Assembly (NCBI GenBank): GCA_964016885.1
Contig: OZ024743.1
Coordinates: 22,382,001 to 22,446,000 of the forward strand
Origin: Eledone cirrhosa
Taxonomy: Eukaryota
Direction of reading: 5' to 3'
Length of the DNA: 64,000 nucleotides
A program made the position numbers and the translations under genes. The stretch's first letter is position 1. Each line of letters begins with the position of its first letter. Shown here in pieces: positions 54,317 through 64,000 of the stretch. Below the pieces are notes generated by a model. That model worked only from the letters and a program-made list of their open reading frames with translations, made no database searches and had not been told where the DNA came from.

Positions 54317-55664
54317 GTTTCCCAGAGTTGTAGCAGTTTTTACATTGCCAGTTATTGTGGGTAGATCACACTCAGACCAGCTGGTATCTCTCTTCCACGT
54401 TTCACCAGCCTTGACAAACCTCCAGATCTGCCCATCATCACGCAGACTGAAACTTTCATCTTGTGCTGAGTTCCGATTCAAGGAAGCTGCAGCACGTAGT
54501 TTTGGACGTACATGGGGTGGTAGGCCTGGGCGTGTTCGGAAGGTAATCCGATTTTCACGCCCAGCTTTAGCAGAGGCCAGATGATATGAGGTTGCCTCTG
54601 CGGGGTCCGAGAAAGACAGCCTGATGAGTCTGGGTTTTGGACCAGGTCGACCAAGGCGGAGGGCACCCTTTGGGGGAACACAGCCTAGGTCTTTGGCTGA
54701 GCTGGCAGCAAATGCCTGAAGATCAGCCTTGTCCTCTGGTACCCCAATGGCAATCACATCATGGGTAGCAGATTCCGCAGTCTTTTCAGCAAGAGGTACA
54801 GGGAGATTCTTTAGCAAGGCATTCCGATAAGACCCCTCATTGTGGGGTCCTACCCGAATGCTTGCCTCTATTCCTGCAACTTCCCTTCTCAGAGCAGAAA
54901 TCATTAGTTGCAGTTCCGCAAAATCTGTACTGGTCGGTTGTTGTTGTTGCTGCTGCTGCCGTCGTTGTTGGTGATGATGTTCCTCCACGGGAATGGCAGG
55001 GGAGGACACAGTCGCAGGTTGTTGCTGTTGTTGTTGTTGGTGATGATGATGTTCCTCCACGGGAATGGCAGGGGAGGACACAGTCGCAGGTTGTTGCTGT
55101 TGATGTTGTTGCTGATGATGATGTTCCTCCACGGGAATGGTAGGGGAAGACAGTCACCAGTTGTTGGTGTCGAGATGTACTGGGAGTGGAAGACATGGGT
55201 TGTTGTTGTTTCTGATGTTCTCCCACAGGAATAACAGTAGAAGCCAGTGTCATAGGTTTTTGCCGTTGTTCAGTAACAATGGTAGAGGAAGACACAGTCA
55301 TTGGTTTTTGTTGTTGTTGTTGTTTTTCAATAACATTAATAACATTCGTGGAGGCAGGCACACAGGCCAGACACTGAAAGGACCAGGATTTTAGCTGGAC
55401 CATCTCCCATATTCCATCCATCATAGCATTATGATGTCTCTTTTTTTGGCCTGGGATCCTCCGGAAGCCTGTGGCGCATTGAAGGCAGACAGAGATGCGA
55501 CAGGTTCCACATTCGACCCAGCGATTACGGAACGAGTTTTCGGGTTCCGCACAGATATGGCAGATGTGGTTTTCTGGGCAATGTTCTATCTTGGGACATC
55601 GGCCGGTTTTGTCGCATATTTCATCGATGGATATCACCATGGCAATTTTGTTATTTCTACCCAT
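54314..55664 (-). pseudogene. LINE ORF1 (~450 aa) with N-terminal PHD-like finger, Q/H-rich repeats and coiled coil; one frameshift
   Basis: CHIC...WVECGTC...CLQC...FQCLAC; ORFs 54837..55691 and 54314..55132 join if a TG dinucleotide lost near 55151 is restored (actgtc vs actgtgtc in the neighbouring repeats). Confidence 0.8.
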
Positions 55665-58164
55665 CCGTAGAAAAACACAGAATGTAAACAATATAGGTTT
55701 AGCGCACTTGATTACGATAGAAATAAAATGTCTGTTTTTTTGTGTATTTTGTTTCCGTTTTCCTAAATGTTGTGTGTGTACAGAAGAGTTTGAATTACAT
55801 TACATGTAAACAAATAAATATGCTGCGTAAGTTAAATGAAACGTACTGTAGAAGGCAGTTGTTTATTAACAGCGAAATAAGGTTGTTTTTTTTTTGTTTT
55901 TTTTTTTTTTTGTCCTGATACTGCTTCTTTATAGTAAACTTTCAATAATATTTTTTTTTCAAATTATTAACTTTCAGCTGCTAGTATATATATATAATTA
56001 AAAGGTGTATGTGGGTTAGAAGCGAGGTCAATGTTAAGAAATATTTTACCAATGTAAATTGGTAAAATTGGCCAGTATAGTGTCTCACACGAAATAGTGT
56101 GGTTTCTTTTCACGTGTGTGTATATGCATATGGAATGTATCTGTATATAAATTTGTGTGTATATTGTTGTTTATATGTTTTGTGGAGTACTTACTGCGAT
56201 CCTTAAGGGACGTAGTGATTTGTTTTGTTTTTTTTCCTTTTTTCCCCGTCCATGTCCACACGTGGTTTGTTGGCGAAAATCAAGTCAAATTATATATACT
56301 TCGTTAAAATAATTCTATCTTGAAACTGGTACTAGTTGTCAGGGAACAGTGAAAGTAATTGTGATAATGAATATTGTAATCCATCTGACATGTGTTTAAA
56401 GGGCTGTTTTTGGTGAAAATATTATATTTTGTTCGGTATTTTGTTCTGTATGAGCAAGATACAATCATCTGATCTGGCTTGCCCCACAACAGGACAATTC
56501 AACTAACTCATGCTAGAATGGAAAAATGGACATTAAATGATGATGATACTGATATTTACCTGTCTACAGTAGGACCAATAATGCTGTCAGAACTTTATGT
56601 AGCACAGATATGAATATCCCAAAGAAATAAGGTGAAAAACGTTTTTGTTTTTGTGGAAGAATAGCATCAAATTAGATTTTGTTGAGTATAAGCTGAACAA
56701 TGTAAACAAAGAAGTTGAGGCTGAGTGCTTATTTCGTTCATTGTTTTATGATCGTTTCAAAAGTTTGAATGAATCATGATAATATGGTGTATATGTGTGC
56801 ATGTGTATGAATAGTTGTATCAATGATGGTGCTTTATGTATAAATGTGTGTGTGGGTGGATGGATGGATGTGTCGTTATATGCTTATGCATTTATGTGTA
56901 TGTACACAATGACCATTCCATTACTAGCTTCATTATTTGACCTCATGACTGATGTATTTGAAGAAATTCAAATCTTTCCCTCTCTCTTCAGTCTCTGCTG
57001 TTTTTTTTTTTTCTCTCTTCTGGTGTGTGTGTGTGTGTGCCCACATATATATATGTATGAGTGTGTGTGTGCATGTGTGTGTTATGTGAGAGGCACACTA
57101 AACCTGAACTGCCTTATCTCCCAAAATGTCTAAATCTGGCCCTACCAGTACCTACTTGGACTTTCCAAAAACTACCATGTATCATGATAAACCAGGCCTA
57201 TTGGGCAGTTTTTAACTATGTGGACAGAAATAAAGCCTTTATGCAAACAAATAAAAAAAGGAAGCCTAAATTAATGTAATATACCTTAGCTATCAATTGC
57301 TTTTATTTTTATTTAACAATTTCAGCTCATGCTGTTCAGAGTGTGCAGCATATACACTGACCTAAGTGAGGCATGTCATACCGAAGCTGAAAGATTTAAG
57401 AGTTGCTTCCAAGTATTTTATTGGGTACTTTCTTGATGCAGGCTGTTCCGGTGTTAAATGCAGGACCAAAACAATCTAAAAATTCTTCTTAGTTGGTAAA
57501 GACTTTGTCACATATACCTAAGAAGACATTTAAGTAATATTCCAAACATTGGGTTAATAATGAGAAAGTTAGTTATATTACTAGAGCTCACAAAATTTTG
57601 GATTATTTAAAAAATTATTTGGAATTCATAGACAGTGTTTTCAATAAGAAATATGGTGATGTGAGTTTTAATAAAAGTCATAAATCAACTATGACAATGT
57701 TAAATTAACAGACAGTTAAATTCTAGGGGCTCAATTTAGAAATGAGAAAATGGGTTGAATTGATTTTTTTTATTCATCTCTCTCCCTTGATATATTGGGA
57801 AAGCTGATATTAGAGATTTCAGATGAAGCAATAGAAAATTATTTTAATCAATAAAAGCATATGTATATATTTAAATGTGTTATATCAGTTGTTATTCATG
57901 AGATTATTAATTTACAAATTATTAACCCCATGACAAAATTATTAAATATAAAAAAGATACATCTACATTATAATTTGATTGGCAAAAATGCTAGAGCATT
58001 AGACAAAATGTTTTGCATATTTAGTTACTGCCCTTTATGTTCTGACTGCAAATCCCACCAAGATCAACTTTGACTTTCATCCTTCTGGATAATATAAACT
58101 AATAGATTGATATAATTGACTTCCTCTCCATGTGCCTAGATTAGAAATCATTATATTTTTGTAT

Positions 58165-58355
58165 AGGGCGGTGGATTGGCAGTATCGGTAGAGGGTCGAA
58201 CACCATACTTTCCATCATAGTTACGTCCCTTTACGGTCTGAGTTCAAATCCCGCCAAGGTTAACTTTGCCTTTCATCCTTACGGGGTCGATAAAATAAAG
58301 TACCAGTAATGCACTGGGTAATTGCTGGCCTTGTGCCAAAAGTAGAAACAATTAT
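58165..58355 (+). mobile_element. Young family-1 SINE inserted at the tail of an older copy (57980-58150)
   Basis: ggcggtggattggcagtatcggtag head, gagttcaaatccc B box; TSD attatattttt at 58150 and 58351. Confidence 0.9.
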
Positions 58356-59397
58356 ATTTTTATAGGTTTGTTCTTTAATTGCCATCAGGTGTTTTATGCC
58401 TAAATATTTATATAATACCCGACAAGCATCAAACTAGGAACCTTTCTTTCTAAAGTAAAGTAATAACATGATCTAATGGGTAAGAGCATTATTAACCTTT
58501 GTTTAGATGTAAAGGGTCCTAGTTTGAATCCAATCAGGTACAGATTGATAAACATGGCACAAGCTATCAACTGGAGATCAAACTGTTGGAAACTGATTCC
58601 ATCTCTAGAGGCATATATGACTAATTTATTTGCTTATTTTTGTAGCAAAGAAACGGATGTTGAAGCAGATTACTTTAAACTAACACTGGTTTCATCTTTA
58701 AATATACAGATTGGACATTTTATGAAAAATATATTTTTTGATTTTTTAAAAATATGAATAAGTAAATATATTTATGATATCTATTTTTTTAACATTACTG
58801 AATGTTCATAGCTAGAATATCTTCATTCATAGTAGTACTTGATCAGAGCTAACTTGGAACTAAATAAAAATAACCCCACAATTTTAAGATGACAATTCCT
58901 GAACATCTATGGCTTTGACTAAGAACATTAGTGATATATAAAAGCAATTACAGATGATCAGAAAAGATCTAAAAATCTCTTTTGCTAAATTATTTTAACA
59001 TCACAGTATTCAGTAGAATAGCATTAATAAAGTTAGTTTACATAAGTGTTGAGCTTATATAGAAACAATATCTCAGAAAGTTTGTGACTTTCCAGAGAAT
59101 ATTAGCAACACAAGAATAAAGAAAACCATAAGTTGTAAAAATTGCTGTTAGCCATCACTTTCTTCTATATCATTCAATTGGCAGCAGCCACTCTCTCTTA
59201 TCATTACCCATCTCTATTACTAAATATCATTCACTCTCTCTTACTACCACCCATCTTTATTGCTATTTATCATCCACTATTTTACCATCACTCATTTCTA
59301 TATCATTCATACACTCTCTTACCATCACCTTTCTCTATTGCTATCCTTCCTTACTCTCCCCAATTACTCCCTTTTCTTTCATTATTTGTTGACCTGC

Positions 59398-59590
59398 ATA
59401 GGGCGGTGGATTGGCAGTGTCGGTAGAGGGTCGGACGCCATGCTTTCCAGCATAGTTACGTCCCTTTACGATCTGAGTTCAAATCCCGCCGAGGTTGACT
59501 TTGCCTTTCATCCTTACGGGGTCGATAAAATAAAGTACCAGTAATGCACTGGGTAATTGCTGGCCTTGTGCCTAAAGTAGAAACAATTAT
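59398..59590 (+). mobile_element. Young family-1 SINE with 17-bp TSD
   Basis: attatttgttgacctgc at 59381-59397 and 59586-59602. Confidence 0.93.
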
Positions 59591-60489
59591 TTGTTGACCT
59601 GCGTTACGCTCCATCACTCATGATTACATCTTCCATCATCCTATCTACACCCACATCATGCTGCTCCAGACATTTCTCTAATCTATTCATTATGAACCAG
59701 CATGTAACTAACTATCATTACCTCTCTTCCTGCTCCTATCACAATATATATATGATTCTCTTAGTTATACTTTCTCTTCTTTCACTCTATTTTCCACACT
59801 GACTTAATTGTACTCTCCCAGTCCCTAGAACAGAGACAACATCTGGTAGTGAGAATTATGATCTTGCATAATAAAAGACAACATTTCTATGACTGGTTCC
59901 ACAATAAAATGTACCTAGTACACTGTGTAAACTGATAGGGGAATAAACAAAACCACCATAGGGTAGAGAAGACTTTAGTCTGGCTGAGGAAATGACAACA
60001 TTTCTAGTACTTGTACAGTGGTTAAATGAACACAGTACATTCTGTAAAGTGGGTAACATCCAGGCATAGAAACCATGCCAAAAATGGAATGTATGAGCAA
60101 GGCTTGATATTCTAACCTAAATAAAATGGCTGTAACTCCCAATAAGAATTCACATAAACTATGATGACTTGACCAACCCAAACCAGCATAGAAAGCAGAT
60201 ATAATATGGTAATGATTTTCACAACTCAACCTTGCAAATAGGAGCTATTTCTAACATCAGCAGAGTAGGAATGGTTTTGTTATTTATCTCTATACTGTTA
60301 TATATCTCTATACTGTCATAGAAACAAGATTAGCTGAGTAGAGCTAGAATGACAGACTCTAATATGCTAGGTGTTCTTGCATTATATTCTGAGCAATTTT
60401 TTGTATACAAATAATACACTAATTAAAGTTCTAGGGACCATTTGCAATCGATATATATATATATTTGAGGTCTTGTCATTTCCTTCATA

Positions 60490-61060
60490 ATGTTCAGTAT
60501 CCTGAGATCAGCCATCAACACTTTTTTCTCTTTTCATTGGCCTCCCTCTTCCAAAATTTCCTCAGGTTCTTCTATTTTCAGAACACCTACTACCACTGCT
60601 CATTGGCCACCTACGTAACAGAAGCTGCTAACTACTCCAGTGCATATGCCATATACAAAGTCTTACTTCTGTTAGTCTGGCTGTGACCCCACTGCATCCC
60701 TTGAGTACCCATACATAGTTTACATTGGATATACAGTATAGAATTCCTACCTAAAATTTTTCTGCATGCGATGCCTGGCAACTTCCTAAACAACAGAATT
60801 CTGTTTTCTTCCTGGCTATCTAAGACTTTTGTCTTTGGTTTACTTTAAGACTCTTCTTCAATGTTTGTAACTTTTCCTCTAATTCTTTGACTGATTCAAC
60901 TTTGAGAACTAGGTCATCAGCAAAGAAGAGTTCAGTTTTAAACGCTTCTATTATGGCCAGAAGTATAATGAATAGAAGAAGGGTGAAAACTAAACTATGA
61001 TGAACCCCAATATACATGCTGAGTTCCCTAAAAATCTCATTGTTAACATGGTGCGCACAG
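60490..61060 (-). mobile_element. Decayed RTE-clade RT fragment
   Basis: ORF 60820..61188: GVHHSLVFTLLLFII (degenerate QG..LSP.LF), FFADDLVL. Confidence 0.75.
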
Positions 61061-62089
61061 ACCTTATAAAATATTGAAAAATTGACATATACTTGGTTTT
61101 CTTGGCAACAACCAGAATACAGCAGGTGGTACTCTGTCATATGCTTAGACTGTTTTGTTACATGATCATTCAAGTGACAATAAGACAAGTGCTAAAGATC
61201 AGACGTGATCATATTAAGAAAAGAATAAAGGATACATTGGATATTGTGGTCCTAGATGCACAATATATCTGAGAAAACATAACTGAATAGCTGTGGATGG
61301 AATACCCTTCATTATATGTCTGTTTAATGAGAGCTCACTCTGGGCTTTACTACTATACAACCTTGATACACACATACACACACACAATAAGTCTATTCAT
61401 GCACATTCATAAAGAAGCAAATTCAAATAATAATTATTATTATTTGACTAGCAATTAATAATAGTATAGGAAATAATAGGATGAAAAGAATTATTAATAC
61501 TAATAGCATTTATAAATTGAAAGTAATTAAAAAGAACCAAATGAATGTTTAGAATAATTCAGCAAAGCATCTGTTAAAGAAATGCAGTTGCATCACTGAG
61601 AAAATAAATATTAGCAACAAAAAGAGAGTTATTAGCAACAAAAGGTGAATGTATGCAGTAAGCTTTTTGGCAAATGTGCAAGCACAGTTTAAAGTAGGTA
61701 ATAAAATTACAGATTATAAGAGGTTTTGGTATTATCATTAAAGATAAGAAAGAAAGTGATAGAGAGTGAGTAAACAAAAGAGATGTAGCAAGTAAGAAAT
61801 AAGGAGTGATTTAGAAAAGGTGTAAAATGAAGAGAAGTTTATAAGTAAATGTAGCATTCTTAATTAAAAGAGCATTGATCCCAAAAATTACAGAAGTTTA
61901 CAATTAGTGTTAGAAAGTTAGTGAACTAGGAGGAAAAAAAATGAAACGCTAATTTGGGGAGAGAGATAAAATGGAAAAAATGAATTTACAGAAATAATCA
62001 CCATTTTACCATTAATCCTCTTTTTCCCATCCTAGAAAGAAAAGGAAAAGCAAATATGCTTAGAAAAGCAACTGACAAAAATTAAGGGG

Positions 62090-62120
<31 letters not shown>

Positions 62121-63837
62121 GATGTTTTCAGGAAATGAAAATAGAAGGAAAAAAATATATGTAGGCAGATTAAAGAGGCGAAAATATAAACATTTGTAAT
62201 AGAATGCACTTGGAATAATAACTTTGAGATAAAATATGAATTGTTCTGACTGTTGTTCCCCTTAAGCAGGGATTTGAACTTGGAATGATAGAGGCATCAA
62301 ACTAGAAGATATAAATATTAATTACAGCCCACCATTTTACCATTTGAAGCTTAACTATGTTTGCTTCCTCCTTATTCACCATGTCTTCAAATGAAATATT
62401 ACAAATGGCAGTTTGGCAAGTAATGGTGATAAGCTGTAATGTGAACTCATCCAATACAAGGTGTCATGGAAACTTGAACATAACAACAACAATGAAAACA
62501 TCAACATGAACAACAATAGCAACAACAACAACAATAAAAACATTTTTATAACTATGAGGAAAGCTTATAATTTGTCTATGGGTACCAAAGACAGGTTCAA
62601 GTTGATTAAACAAGGCTCTATGATTTTAACAACTCCAGATGGAGGAGGGGAAAAGTTGATCCCAACAGAATTTGAACTCCAAACATAGTAGCATGTGTAT
62701 ATGTGTGTGTATATATATATATATACATACATACACTGACATGTACCATACATCCTCATAAGTTCATTTTAAGTAGGACAAGTTTCATATAATCATGTGT
62801 GTGTATTTGAGTGTCTATATATATGTGTGTGTAAATATATATAATATATATACATATACCTATATACATGCAGAAATTCACCCAAACACATGTGCATGCA
62901 TGCACACATTCACATATATATTATATCCTCAAGTCAGGATGTGGCTAATAACAATCATATGAGCAATAATGAATCAAATTAGTCAGAGATACTCATAGCC
63001 TGACAAGTCTCTTTATCATATATACAACTCAATGGACAGCATGCCTCTTGGCTGTTTCTAGCATGTGTATGTGTGTCTGCATGTATGTGTGTGTACATAT
63101 ATACATAAGGGTGTATGTGTATGTGTGTGTGTTTTGGAGAGTGTCTGTGTGTGTAGGTGTGTTGTCTTTGTGTAAATCATTTTATGCCCGTCTTTACATG
63201 TTGGCAGACTTTGTAGATTCACTAATTTTCAGAGATTTCCTGGCGTAATTGCAAAATAAATTCATAAATAATTGCAGTAGATGATTTATTTTTGTTGCTG
63301 AATATCATATATTATATATGCAAATACACGTACATACACACAATTATATATACACAAACTCACATATGCAATATCATCACCCTCTGTTGTCAACCATCAT
63401 CATCATTTTCGATCCCATGAGGTTGAGCTCTCTTCCACATCTCTCAACACTACACTATCCCTCTCCTTTCATGATATACACTTATCAATCAACCTCTTTC
63501 CTATCAATGATCACCATGAAGCAACAATTGTCCCTCTACATCCCCAAACATCTTATTCTATTTTCCTCCTTCACACCCATATTCATACTTCCTCCAATTT
63601 TTGCATCCTGTTCCCCCACCCACCTTCAAATTACAGACTTGTGCATTTTTACCTTGAAAACAGTGAAGGTATATATGAAGACCCTTGCAAGGCATACTCT
63701 GCAATATAAGCACCATGATAAAATGCACCCAGTGTAAGTTGGTTGGTAATCGAAGAAAAACAATGCAGCTTAGAGGGAGCACTTCAGACTTGTGAAATTA
63801 TGTTATACATTTAACAATATAGTTAGCAAGATTCAAT

Positions 63838-63950
63838 ATGTGTGGTAAAGTGATTAAGGAGTTTGCTTTGCAACCATTTAATGCTGTATTTCGTTCCACT
63901 ATGTGGCACCTTGAGAAAGTGTCCTACTATAGTTTCAAGTTGGCCCATTG
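63838..63950 (+). mobile_element. Degenerate tRNA-derived SINE head
   Basis: gtgtggtaa...ccactatgtggcaccttgagaaagtgtcctactatag. Confidence 0.55.
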
Positions 63951-64000
63951 TATGTGAGCGCACGCGTGCGTGCGTGTATATAATGTCCAATCCTTGCAAG

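Larger units (their letters stand above)
51212..56442 (-). mobile_element. Full-length CR1/L2-type LINE: ~780-bp 5' UTR, ORF1, ORF2, doubled 3' end, (ATT)n tail
   Basis: ORF1 and ORF2 below; candidate TSD gttct at 51207-51211 and 56443-56447; flanks rejoin into an RTE-type 3' UTR like 46060-46230. Confidence 0.9.

Noticed and set aside
51675-55809. Plus-strand ORFs over the LINE
   Set aside because: Antisense shadows of ORF1 and ORF2.
58165-59590. tRNA genes at the A/B-box-like heads
   Set aside because: These are SINE heads continuing into shared bodies with TSDs; no complete cloverleaf.

Overview
AT-rich animal genomic DNA; the repeat families suggest a coleoid cephalopod, probably an octopus (inference). 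Five coding exons of a GAF-domain cyclic-nucleotide phosphodiesterase (PDE11/PDE5/6-like) lie on the minus strand at 18222-3368. No upstream exon is recognisable in the remaining ~46 kb, so most of the window is probably one very large intron. That stretch holds a ~15.9 kb array of a palindrome-rich 42-bp minisatellite (with a fold-back inversion and a ~6.1 kb higher-order duplication) and a near-intact full-length CR1/L2-type LINE. Truncated copies of that LINE, RTE and R4/Dong fragments, a mariner relic, a hAT MITE and many tRNA-derived SINEs are spread across the window. Best leads: (1) a strand-specific A-to-G cluster in the full-length LINE 3' end that looks like ADAR editing fixed by retrotransposition; (2) an in-phase G_GGA_AAC slippery heptamer plus a perfect 15-bp stem at its ORF1/ORF2 junction, where ORF2 has no AUG; (3) several long inverted repeats that would form dsRNA in the PDE pre-mRNA. 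All coordinates and alignments were read by eye; no searches were run.
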